A stretch of 64,000 nt of DNA from Nymphaea colorata. Lineage: Eukaryota. The translations under genes and the position numbers were made by a program. Under the pieces are notes generated by a model that searched no databases, was not told the origin of the DNA, and saw nothing but the letters and a program-made list of their open reading frames with translations. This document shows positions 40,243 to 52,941 of the stretch, one piece after another (the stretch's first letter is position 1; the number at the start of each line of letters is the position of its first letter). The stretch lies in the NCBI RefSeq assembly GCF_008831285.2, contig NC_045138.2, positions 24,242,001 through 24,306,000 on the forward strand, written 5' to 3'.

Positions 40243-40714
40243 GGGCCTGTTTGGTTGGAGGGAAAGGGAAGGAAAGGGAGGGATTGAGCAATCCCTCCTT
40301 TGTTTGGTTGGCTAACTAAAGACGAGGGAAAGGAAGGGAAAGGGGCAAAGTGTGTTTGGTTGGGAGGGGAGGGAAAGGGAAGGGAGGGAAAGGAAAGGAT
40401 TGTGTAGTATAAATGCAATCCCTCCCAAATCGGACGGATTGGGAAGGAAAGGAAAGGAAGAGAGGAACAAAGTGTTGACTGCCCACAATACCCCTTCCTT
40501 CACGTTCTTAATTTTTTAAACATTTTGACTGTTAAGGATATTATTGTAAAGTATTAACCTTTCCTTTCCTTTCCTTTCTTTTGTATCCAAACAAGCTTTT
40601 TAATCACTTCTTTCCTTTCCATTCCATTCCATTCCTTTCCCTTCCCTTTCTCTTCCCTTCCCTTTCCTTTCCCTCTCTTTCCATCCCTTCCTTTCCCTCC
40701 TACTAAACAGGCCC
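40243..40714. mobile_element. Tourist/PIF-Harbinger-type MITE
   Basis: TIRs GGGCCTGTTTGGTTGGAGGGAAAG ... CTTTCCCTCCTACTAAACAGGCCC, with TAA duplication at 40240-40242 and 40715-40717. Confidence 0.92.
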
Positions 40715-41174
40715 TAAGTTAAACCTTCCTTGCTTCTTTTCTTAAGCTTGGACAGTGCAAACAAAAAGGGCCCAAGAAACACAAGCCTTTGTCAAGTACG
40801 GATGTGCATTAGTTGCACTCTATTTCAAGGCAAACCAAGATTATGAATATCTTCAATCTTGGGTGCGACCAAAACTTTTACAATTGAGATTAGCCCGCTT
40901 TTTATTTGAGAAACTTAGTGAAGTTGGTCGTTTATTGAAGAGAATATGAAGACAATTAGATGAAAGCTTTTTATAACAAGCAAATTTGACATTTGTATAC
41001 TGTGGATTCAATGGTAATGCAAAACTATATGTCGAATCGAAATTCAACTAATTACGAAATCCTTTTGCCAAAAAGAAAAAAAGTTAATTGTAACCAATCG
41101 AATTGGAAATAATTGAAGAAATGTCCGGATGTTATAGACGTTCATACGGTGCATTGCTAACTCGTTCTCCACCA

Positions 41175-41341
41175 GTTTGCTAAATTTATCTGCTCACATG
41201 GTTTTTTTTTTCTTTTTCTTTCTTCTCATATGTTTGCTAAATTTATCTGCCCTCATAGTTTTTTTCTTTTTCTTTTTCTTTCTTCTCATATGTTTGCTAA
41301 ATTTATCTGCCCTCATGGTTTTTTTCTTTCTTCTTTTTCTG
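41175..41341 (+). repeat. Tandem repeat, ~3 x 57-60 bp
   Basis: GTTTGCTAAATTTATCTGC...TTCTTCTCATAT units starting at 41175, 41232 and 41292. Confidence 0.9.
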
Positions 41342-41622
41342 CCTACAAATCCTTTTGTTCGCAACAATGGACTTCTAGTGCCATGATAATCTCAAATTCA
41401 GTAATAAAATTGAAAAATTTCTATTAAAAGGCGCCGGACTGTCTTTTCAAGTAAACTGACAGTGAACCACAGAGATATATTCAGAAGACAACTCTGGAAA
41501 TGTGAGGCAATGATTACTATGGAAATATACAAGCGTTAGCTTATAGAATACTATCCAGCATTATATGTCCCTCCATTCTAGATTGGATTTTCCATCCTAA
41601 AGATTGTTGTTCACAAACAAGT

Positions 41623-44600
41623 ATGACGTCTCTTTTGCTAGCTATTTTGGTCCTGATTCATGCAGTGAATTCTGAAAGCAGTATAGTTAATGAGAAGCAT
41701 GGTTTTTGCAGAACTTATCCAAGAGTACATCCAGTTAACATTCAGTTGCCTTAACATTTGATATTTTTTTATTTTTGGTCATGTTCTTTTGCATTTCCGA
41801 TCTTTTGTTGCGTGGCCCAGAGTGAAGACGGTGATACAATCAACTGCGTGGATAGCTGCAGCCAACCGGCCCTTGATCGTCCGTCCTTGAGAAATCGCAG
41901 TATCCAGGTCCACACCTCAATCTTTCTTCCTTCATGATTGTCAGCTCTCGTATTGTCATAGAGGGTGACGTCGTGTTGCTCTATGCCCACCCCACCTGTT
42001 AAGACTAGTGCTTTTCAGAGATCTTGGCACGAATGCGTCTATCAAGAACCAAGGTCAGTTTGGTTGTGTTGATTCTGAAGATTGTTCACAAACAAGTATG
42101 GCATCAATCGTATCCATGCTGGACTTGTAAACAAAACAATCGAAAGTGTCTGCCCCTTAATTATGATAGGCCTACATCTCTCTCTCTCTCGTTGATCCTA
42201 TTTCTGCCAAAGTACTAGCAGCAGAAGCTTTATTTTCATGGCAACTTGTTGCAGATGAGGCCTAGCCTCTACCCAGAAGGTATGGCCGTTCGAGGGAGCC
42301 ATGATTCAAGTGGCAAACACTGCCAAGTCCAGCAAATGAGTGGAAGCTGCCCCGATGGCACAGTTCCTATCCTGAGGCGCACCATGCTCCCTATCTGAGG
42401 AGCACCAGAACTTTTACACCTATGCCAGCAGAAGTTTCATCGGAAAGCACTCCATCACCATTTTCAATCCTAACTCTACAAGGTCACTGCCTCTTCTTAA
42501 TGCAAGCCACAAGGTAAAACATGTTTCTTGAAATGCATGCTTAAGGGCTTACTTGCTCTCCTGTATATGAAAATTGTTCAATATTGATGAACCATCTGCG
42601 TTGATCGACCAGCATGCTCCTGTTCACGTCGATGGCGGCCCGTATTTGGGAGCTGCGGCAACTTTCAACATCTGAAGACCACAGGTCGGAACAGGCGATG
42701 ATTCCAGCGCATCGAAACTTGTGGTTATCAAGAATTCAGAGTATCTTCTGGCTACCAGCCTTGAAGCAGGATGGATAGTATGTTCTCCAATCTATTCATC
42801 CTCTTCAGCTGGAATAAGAAAGCGCAGGTTACCAAGGCCAACACACTTGTTAAACTGGATGACTCCGTATTTATTTCCGTAGCCAATGTTGAGAATCGTC
42901 AATTGAAAAGGTCTTTCAATCGACAGCGCTAATTCAGCAATTAAACTATGCCCTTATCCTGCATTGGGTGCAAAATTTATTGTTGGGATTTTGTCACAAA
43001 TAAAATGGGTATGCTGCACACACACAGAGAGAGAGAGAGAGAGCACCTAAGCAAACAGATATTGCATCGGTGAATCCACTTGTTGGGGAACGCAAACATA
43101 ATTACTTGCTTCCTTATACACAGTTAGATCAGAGAACTTTTTTCATCCAAGTGAGGAATGGTAAGAGTTACTTTGATCCAAGGTCTTGGAAGTTGCACTT
43201 GGACCTAAAGATTTTCCCTTAGTAGTAGTTGAATTCAGTTTACTCCTTGCTTTGCCAGTTATTGAATTTTAATGGTATGGCCGTATGGCCACAACTTAAT
43301 GGCGACACAGAGACACGCCTATTCAGCTATTGGACGCTAAGCTGGCTCTCTCGTCTTCAGCCGAGTCTTGATGTTGGAATTTAGATGAAGAAAACATGGC
43401 CATTAGAATAGGAAAGGATATCTTAACCACAGAAAAACAGAAAAGTCCTGCAGAGAGCTAATTTTGACTTGCACTTGTTCCTACAGACGGATGGCTATCG
43501 TTCAGTGGGCTGCTATGACCTTCGCCCTGGTTCTGTACAAGTGAGCAAAACTGTGGGTCTTGGTGCTGCCATCCATCCTGTTCCTACATATGGTGGCACC
43601 CAATATGAAGCAATCTTTGAGATATTTAAGCTATGCAGATTTCTCATATGGTTTTGCAGGTTCTCTCATCAGCACATTAGCCTTAGCAGGAAACAATAAA
43701 TGTATATTTTCTTTAGGGGCCATTTGGCAATAAAACCAGTAACAAACAATTTCCTTGGCAAGATTGATTTAGATTTATAAAATGCTGTAACATAGTGTTT
43801 CATGAATTTGCCTATAACTTTTGGAGTAAATTCATGGAGCAATTTGTTATGGTTTCCATTGGCAATCAACTGTGTAGGTCTAAAAATTTAAATATGCATT
43901 AGTATATATATACCCAGTTTTCTTCAAATACTTTCAAACACATTGTTATATGTCCAAGGCTGCAAGTACACTTTTAAGGCATTTGACTTAAAAACGGCTC
44001 CTATTTCAAATGCTGTTTAGATAATGAAATTTTTAAAAGTGAAAGTGTAACAGTAAAGTGCTAGAATAGCTTATCAAGTGTCACCTGTCTAAGATTTTTT
44101 GGAAAAAAGATACCTACCGATATGTGCCTCAGTCTCTGAGCAACTTAATACCTTGAAATTTAGCTAATAGATCTCTTTGTATTGAAGAGTTGGACGTTAA
44201 TATAACAAATGGTTATCCGTTTTTCTCATTTTCTCCAAAAATATGAAATAATGTAAGTTTTCAAAATCTGCCATGAAATTTAGACACACACACAGGCACA
44301 TATATATATAGAGAGAGAGAGAGAGGGGGGAGAGAGAGAGAGAGAGAGAGATGAGCGATCGTTTTGTTAGTTCAATGATAGAACTAAAGAGTTGGACGCA
44401 TTTATGAACAGGATCAAAAGACAGGAAACTGGTGGTTCCTATTTCAGACGGAACTAGTTGGCTACTGGCCAGGAACGATAGTTCCAAGGTTATCGAAAAG
44501 TGAAAAAACATGACTTGGGGAGGAGAAGTCTGTCACCCCGGCAGTGGTAGTACAGCCACGGACATGGGAAGCAGCCATTTCTCCGAGGAAGGACATGGAA

Positions 44601-44783
44601 AAGCAAGCTATTTCCACAGTATAAAAGTTGTTGATACCGCCAACATTTCAGAGATTCGAGAGGTCTCATCCCTGCAGTAACTCTGCCCGAGTGCTATGAA
44701 TGAAAGACCTTGGCAATCAAGGTGGCAACGTGAACCATGCTTTCCTCTATGGTGGTCCAGGTAGTAATCTGAACTGCCAATAG
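41623..44783 (+). pseudogene. Neprosin (DUF4409 + DUF239) family prolyl endopeptidase pseudogene
   Basis: Exons SEDGDTINCVD..QPALD (41821-41907), SCPDGTVPILR, YLGAAATFNI*RP..SLEAGWI (stop 42673), GDTETRLFSYWT, DGYRSVGCYDL and GNWW..VGYWP../WGGEV..MGSSHF..FLYGGPG. It has premature stops, a frameshift and two non-GT donors. Confidence 0.9.
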
Positions 44784-46432
44784 AAGTTACAAAGCCATGC
44801 AATGCAAATTGGCAGAATTTACAGAAAAGATGTATTAAAGCTAGCAGTACATCAACCTGATTATTCCAATGTTTTGTAAGCCAACTAGCAGCATGTCCCG
44901 TTGGTTCAGTGAAGTGTAAGTCCATTCCATGGAATAAAGATTCTTTTTATTTCCAGAGAGTTATTCAAATACAAGTCTGATACTCCCCACAAAAGGAAGA
45001 AATACATCCCTGGCAGCTAATGAAATTCAATTAATTCAAAAAAGATAAGGTAAGTAAGTTGGCGTTTATGATCTTGGTTTATGAACATTATACTACTGAT
45101 TAGGCGTTTGCAATTCATTTACCCAACTCGATGACCAGCAGATATGTTGGGTTTATTGCAAATATTAGACAAAAAAACTACTTGAAATGCTACACGTCCT
45201 CATGTGATTGTAGAGAGTACACGAACAACGGTGCGTGCGCACTGTGCCTCCTTCACTAGGCAAATCGTGCTTACGAGAAAGAGAGAATGGAATGTCAATG
45301 TGTAATCATGAGAAATTGTTCACCGGCAGGGGAGTTCATTCTCTCCTTGGCGTGAATTACTGCAGCTTGTAAATCAGAGGAGAGACCGTGGAGGACGTTC
45401 GACGACATTTGTCTGTCATCGGTCTGTGTCATGTCTTTGTTTCCTCCAGGAGATTGAACGAGACTCGTCCGACTTCATGTCAGAATAGGGGCCTAACGAA
45501 TCTCAGGTGATATAGGACTTTGTGCGAATTGGTCCACCGGAGAGCTCACTAAGACAGATTTGGGGCCCGACGAATCTCAGGTGCTTGTTGCAGCCACGGT
45601 CGTCATTAATCATGTAGTCGTCGTCGAGGAATGGGAAGATGGTGGCCTACAGGCGATCTAAATTGAGTCTTTGTGGGTTGTGACACGATTAACTGCAAGC
45701 GACAGACTGTTGTTTGTTTTACCATTCAAAGGTAGTTTAATTATCAAGTCCTAGTGTGAAATATATCTTGAAGCTGTATTGCATAAAAATGCGTATCACA
45801 ACGATCACGATATGGTTGTTAGAATTTAGATGACTTGCAATTAGTTTTCTCATCTGCAACTGGACGATTTGCTCTCTATCATCAGTAGCTCCATGTTCTC
45901 ATCGATCTGCAACCATTGACCATCTATCCACAAAATAGACTCTAAATCCGAATGAAATGTAGAATTTGATATAGACAAATAGATTATGTTAAATGCATCT
46001 ACTTCAGATACAAAAGAGTGATGTTGCCAATAGGAGGAACATATTGGCACCACCAAGTGCCACAAAGGTCATGTATACATCAAATATTTAGTTGGCAAAT
46101 ACGATGCTTACTGGGGCGATTCGTTATTCAATTTTGCGCTTTCGGATAAAGTAGTGTGACATGCATTTGCATGCTGAACAGCCTGAACTCATGTTTATTG
46201 ATGTGAAGACTAAATTGCAACTCATTCATGTTATATAAGTTAATGCCCTGCAATTCGTTCTATGTCGATTTTCTCCTATCCATCAGTATACCACAAGATT
46301 GACACTACAATCAACTTTCTCATTTCATCCTCCGAAACAAATAATCAAACATTTTCACGGCAGTTCATCATCAACTGCTCAAACTCCTACAGATCAGAAA
46401 AGAGCATCACCTACCCAAAATGCATCCAGTGT

Positions 46433-46732
46433 TTATTTGCTACGCTTAACGGCATGCTTGCCCTGTCCCTTCTTGGGGGGGCCCTTCCCTCGGTGCTTCA
46501 GCATCTCGAGCTTCGCTAGGCACTCGTGCTCGAGCCTCCCCATCACCAGGGGATCGTCCTTCTTGATGTCGTATGGGTACCACTCCGCCACCTTATCGCC
46601 GATCAGCTTCTTCCGAAGGATTTTGTGAGGAGATCTCTGCCCCGTCGCGTTGAGAACGTTCCCGAAGATCCTAGCCCTCGCTTCTGTCACTCCCTTGAGC
46701 GCCGCCGACGTCAAAATCTGCTTCAGACTCAT
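46433..46732 (-). CDS. Mitochondrial small ribosomal subunit protein mS33 (RSM27/MRP-S33 family), intronless
   Basis: EARARIFG..GQRSPHKILRKKLIGDKVAEWYP..RGKGPPKKGQG motif typical of the family. The ORF is 99 aa and uninterrupted. Confidence 0.85.
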   Translation of the reverse strand: MSLKQILTSAALKGVTEARARIFGNVLNATGQRSPHKILRKKLIGDKVAEWYPYDIKKDDPLVMGRLEHECLAKLEMLKHRGKGPPKKGQGKHAVKRSK

Positions 46733-49700
46733 CTCCGCTTACCGTTTCTCAAATCGAACAAGATCGCCTCCGATCGAGCTCCCCTTCTTCACCAAAACGA
46801 ATCGCCGAGTTGACAGCAATCGATCAACCTCGAGGGATTCCTGCCTCCGTCTCGCCCAACGATCTGTAGAACTGCAGAATGCAACCGATTGAGGAGGACT
46901 TGAAGTTTCAGCCTGTGAGTGAGCCGAGTTCGGGTACTTGAACGAATGTATGTCGGGTCAAAAAATATGTCTTGTGCTAAGAAAATATTTTAACCAAGTT
47001 GAATTTTTGTTCTTCTTCCTTCTCAGCCAAGACACTAGTATCAGGTTAAGGAAGGACAAATGAAATAGTATACCAAGCTTAACCCATGTTATTCAACTTA
47101 GGTTTAACTTAACCTGAATTATATTTTGGTAAACTCTTTGGCCGTCAGCAAGATCTCCAAGTATTAGGCTCAAGAAGATTCAATTAAAAGTTGTTGAAAG
47201 AACTCAACACCTTTATAGGAGCGTCTGGTAGCATTGAAAAAAAGTTTTTAGGTGAGCTTTATTTTATTCTTTCTTGAAAAAAAGTTGGACTTAACTTTAG
47301 GAACTGAAATACAGTTTTCAAGTGGTAAAAAATGTCAAGTGGTTTTCTTACCGTTTAGATAATAAGCTCTATACATTCCAAACCCAGTCATCCTATTGTC
47401 TGTACTTTCTGTTGGTCTTGTCATTGTAAAACTTGACCTTTCATAAAGTTCTATCCATGCCATTCTATTGTCTGCACTTTCTCTTAGTTCTATCTCTATG
47501 AAAAATTCGTGGTCAAAGCACGAAACACGTACTCACAAAGCGAATCGTGGGGAGTCAGGGCTACGCATTAAAGGGTGTTTGATAGTAGAATGCATGTTTT
47601 TAAACATGTAATTTAAGAAGGCCATGTTTTTGTTACAGAAATCGGTTTCATATTTATCAATCAAAAGTTGAGCATAATCATGTCATGTTTTCTCAAACAA
47701 GAAAATTGTATTCATTGGACACAGGAATATATATTCCAAAAACACAATTTTCACCTTTTAAGGGCCATACAGTTTCATCAACCATGAGGCCAGATTTGTG
47801 AACTTGTCATTGACCAACTGTGCAAATACCAAAAGTGACAGACACAAGGGTGCTCGAAAAATTGGTACAGTAATGGCTGACAAGGTTGTGTTTCTCTGCC
47901 CACTTTGGCTTGGTTTTGACACTGCCAATGCATTGTGGTTTTGATATTCTTCTAGTAGGATCTGCAGGTTTTGCACATTGCTTTTCCGAAATGGAACTTG
48001 TTCCACCTACTTTTATGTTCCTCAAGTTCAAGACGATCAAAGCAACAAGATGCCCCAGTTACTGAGGTACTTTCGCACTGAGATTGTTCGAAGGTAAGTC
48101 CAGTTCTTCTCATTTCTTTAACCTGTGAATCGTTAGCGGTATACCACCATAAACATAAGCTTCGCATGCATTTGTCTCAGACAAGAATGTTAACTGATAT
48201 ATCCTTGCTGAAATCTGTCCAGTGAGATAATTAGCACAAAGTACATACTCCTGTAGTTGTGCCATTTGAGAGGTCTAACACAGAATCCTGTCAATGAAGT
48301 TGCTATGGGAGGCATCGAAGTGTGTGAGATAATGGCATTGAACCCAGCTTGACGAAAGAGCACCAAAAAGTTCATTGTTGCTCAAGCTACTCTAGATTAG
48401 GTTGGGATAAGTTCCGAGCACTTCTAATATGTTAGCTAACAGTTGGTTCCTTTCTCTGAATGGTAGAAACAGTTTTAGATTATTTATCTCTAAGGGCCAA
48501 GTGTCCAACAGACCATAATTTGTACCAAGGTCTAAGAAGAAAACCTGAATAAGTTTTCTTCTATACAAGAAGGCATGGAACCAGAAAGAGAGGAGGATAG
48601 ATCTAATTTAATGAGTTTTTTGAGGTTCTAAAATTCTAGGGAATAATTCCAACTGATTTTTTGTTTGCAGGAGAAAGCTCCACAGGTTCAACATGTACTT
48701 GATCTGATCTGCCACTGGATTGATCGTCTCTAAAAAACGTATGTGTTTGAAATTTAGTGCATACCAGGAGCCATGTAGCCATGTGTTCTTGCAGTCGTAA
48801 TCCAAATCAAATCTATACATGTTAATCTTTCTACTATAAAGTCAGAAATACAAGAGATGGCTGGATAGTAAGTCGTCGCATACTCGCATACTGGCTGGAT
48901 CAGTACTTCACCCTACTGAAATCCGTCAAGTTTTCCAAGGGGGGCTCAACTGGTCTAATTGAGAGTCCAAGAGGATGTTGACATTGTGTCTCTAGGACAC
49001 ATTTTCCTATAACACGTATTCCAAAAATATCACGTTCTTGTTCTAGTTACTATGACGTGATTATAGATGAGGTTTCTGAAATTAACAAACAAATAATGAA
49101 CATAATCATGCCATATTTCTTAGAAATATGATCATGCAATTCTTAAAATACGTGTTATGAGAACATGTGTTCTAAGAAATAAGATGTAGCATCCAAAACG
49201 TGATGAGCATTCAAGAAAGAAATATCACTAGAAAGAGGATATCATTAACGAAATAAATCAATTGAAAATACATATTATTTTACCCCCATGCAATAGAACC
49301 GAACAATTTGTGAATTGCTACTCCCTCCCATTTGCTTTCAATTTCGAGCTATCTGAATGGCCTAGTAGAATATGACAAATGCAGATTTCCTATCTGAAAT
49401 GGAATTGACCCACTTCAGTTATTTGATGGTTGTGAATCTCCACTTAAGATTACACTTAAACATAGCATGTGCCTCATCTCGAGACACCTAAAGCTGTCCT
49501 GGATCCTAGGGGCATAGGGGTAGGCTTCGACCTTAATCAGGGTGGTGGATTAGCCGCCCAGTTATTTAAAATGACACTTTCCCATATTTATTTTTGAGTG
49601 GCTGGTGCAGCAGGGAGGATTGTGGCTGTCATGCAGGCAGTGAGTAGCATGGGCATCATTCTTTATGCAAGCTAACTGCTAAAGTTATAGTTATAGATGG

Positions 49701-52700
49701 GGGCCGAGGAGGCATACCCAACTGCTGCGGATCCCATGTGAGTTCAGACTTGGGTTTCGTTTTGAACTCAGTAGCAAGGACAAGGTACTTGGCTCTGTCT
49801 GGCATTTAAGCAGCTGATGGTGAGAATCAGCACTTCGAATTATGAAGTTCCATTTTGATACTAAAATGAAGCCTACCAACGATGTCAATGTTACAGAGAT
49901 CCAAGAGAGCTGTGCCCCCATAGGTGAGTTGGATTGTTGTCGCAATTATGGAACTACAGATAGGAGCTGAGATGGAGCGGCAATAAAAGTACCAAAATAG
50001 AAGCAATTTCGTCATCTATAGTTACTGAAATCACCTCAAAGTTTCAAACTAGCAGTATTTGTGCTCCTAAGAAGTTAACTAGGAACCAGTCACTAAAACT
50101 TGATCACGAACATTGGTATATATGAATTCATTTCCATCGTAACAGAACTAGAAATTTAAGTTCATACATGCACATTGCTATAATGGTTTATTCTGGGAAG
50201 CTTCTAAGTTCTGCAGAAGCTTGTCTTTCTTAAATAAGCTTTGAATTAGCTAAAATCCGGGCTGATCTGTACATTTTCACAATGCAAGAAGAAGCATATT
50301 TAGAAAAACAAGAGGTGAGACAAGAGATTCTCATAAGAATTGTACTTTCGGAAGGCAAAACAGTATATGATCAAAACTGATTTTCATAAAAAGGAAATCA
50401 TAGTCAAACTATGAACTTCAAGTCCAAGTGGTTATCCTTCTACTACTATTCAAAGAGTACTGCAGACTCCTAAAATGATTATATAGATGTATACATGGTA
50501 AAGCGCAGACATACATTCATATATAGATACCGTGAATAATTACTACTTTAATTTTGAAAATTTCTTTTTTTTTTACATCATTTTTTGCAATCTGTCTGCC
50601 GCTGTGTTCTTAGAAGGAAATCATTACTTGATGACTCATCCATTCCACATTAATTCGAAGAATTTCAAAAACTACCAGCTCAAATTACCTATAATAAGGT
50701 AGGAGGAGCCAACTCTTCTACAAAGTGTAACCAACGGTCTAACATCCATGCCAAACAAAAGTGATGGTTTATGCTAAAATTTCATTAACTATTGAAGGAA
50801 AAATATGTTTAGATCGTGAACTTTTGGTACTTATGCGTCTTTTCTAAAAGTAAAATCAAGAGTCCACAATGGTTTGTTATAACATTTGAACGCATTACGA
50901 ACCACATTCTTTTTATGTTTCAGACAATAGGTATAAAAGTTGAAACACTATGCTTCAAAATTAATGTACTATTAAATAAACTGTAAGAGAAAACTGTATT
51001 TTGATCATTGAAAACATAAAACCTTGAAAAAGTGTCTTTGAGCCCTATGAGAGTTGGTGCAGTGGAATGGGTTTTGGCTGTCAAAAAAAAAATAGTCAGA
51101 GATCAAATATCAAGAGCACCACCATGTTCACAGGCCTAAGCAGCTATAGGCCTTACAGGCACATGAACTGACCAAGACACTTCATACCACTAGAAGTGCA
51201 GTCAAATCTCACATCATGAGTGTAATTTTCTGCATTAGAATTTGAAAAACAAAAAACTGCCTTTGGATCACAATATAGATGTTGCACCTCCATACACTTA
51301 ATCACAACGCCGTCGCAGTCAAGGTACATCATACTACGGATAGTATATCTATGTAAATGGGATTAATCACCTCCAATGCATTTTAAAACTCAAAGTTCAA
51401 TATAGTGAAGAACAACCACTCCATTTATGAATGCTAGAGGTGTTTCAAATGAGTCAAAAAACGACATCTAACTTTAATATGTAAAAAATAGTAAACAAAT
51501 TCAATGAAGCATGATATAGAAGTTAATATTCCTTTCTTAATTTTTCAAAATCACACGTAAAATTTTGGAATTGACTATAGATATATCTGACTTCAATATT
51601 GCTAGAAACACAATTAAGTTTTGCGCATTAATAAAAAATGACCTTTTATCAATTAGTTCTATGTTCTAATTTAGTTGTATTAAAGTTTCCTCAAATTGTT
51701 TCAAAGAAAACATAATTGCATTAATAAAGTCATGTACATCGTTTTATATTGTGTCTTTAGAGGGTAAATAATAATTTGTTGACTAAATTAACAATTTATT
51801 TGACGCAGACAAGCTTATGAATCTTTCTGAACAACCATGAAAATAATTGTGTGCACTTTTAACGCTATCAAAAAACTAATGTACTCTTTCATTGTCGCAA
51901 AATCATTAGGAGAGTTTCTGAAAGTTTCTACGTTTTCCATTTTTATGGTCAGATTTATGCAAATTGTAGATGTAGCATTATATCGCATGCTGCCATGATT
52001 CTTGTGCTTTGTAACAGTTCACATGTGCAGACAAGTAGGAAAGTTGCGGAGCTTTTTGTGGATATATGACCTTATGATGCGATTCTAGCTTAGCAAGAAA
52101 TGCTATTTGGAGTACCACATTGGGCAATATGTGAGAATGATTTGTTGACAGTGAAAAGCAGACCACAATAAAAGCACATTAAAATTGTACACATACTAGA
52201 AGGTCGAACTTCTAAGAATTCAATATAGGCTAATAGTCTCACCTATCAGGCCATCACGTATATTTGAATCCACAATAACGACTCAAAAATGAAAAAAGAT
52301 ATTATAAGAGAGTAAATAAAGTAAAAAAGTTGGAAAACACAAAAAAAAAGCAGCTAAGAGAATCATTAAAACAAAGAGAAAGGCTAACGTGCATGATACA
52401 TTACACCAACAGGAGCAACCTAAAATGGTTCAACAACATAGCAGAGTACACCGAGTCACTGACAGCAAAATAAGAAGAAATTGTTGCAGCAAATAGCTAC
52501 AAAGCATTTCAATACAACAATACACCTAAATGGAGCTGCATACCCATATATCACAGTAACAGCTTCTGGGCATTTTAATTCTCTCCAAGTTAGCGAACCT
52601 TGCTTTTCTAAAAGGCATGTAGAAACAGTAAATTCAACAATCATTTGAATCATCACTTCATTAGGTGCCCTTCAAAGAATTATTAGCAATTCACTGAAAT

Positions 52701-52941
52701 GGATGGACAAATATGGAACCAGTCCTCTTCAGACAAAAAAATAGTGGGTCTTTCATTTCATCCCATAGCAAAAGCAATAAGGACTATGAAAGTTGGGCTT
52801 TCTTTGCCTCCTTTGACCATCTTTGGTGCCAATATCTTAGGTTATCTTTCTTCGAGGCATGGATACCAATCCCAACGTGCAAGAATACTCAAGAAGACTG
52901 CGTAAGCATGTTCAGAAGAAACATTGTGCAGTAGGAAGCTG

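Noticed and set aside
41175..41341. Regularly spaced repeats superficially like a CRISPR array
   Set aside because: Eukaryotic context, and the 'spacers' are near-identical T-rich sequence, so it is a simple tandem repeat.
45160..45720. GC-richer segment with direct repeat GGGGCC..ACGAATCTCAGGTG
   Set aside because: Probably a TE remnant, but no termini or coding motifs could be defined.
47750..52900. Many short ORFs between mS33 and LDL2
   Set aside because: No recognisable domains or consistent exon chain.
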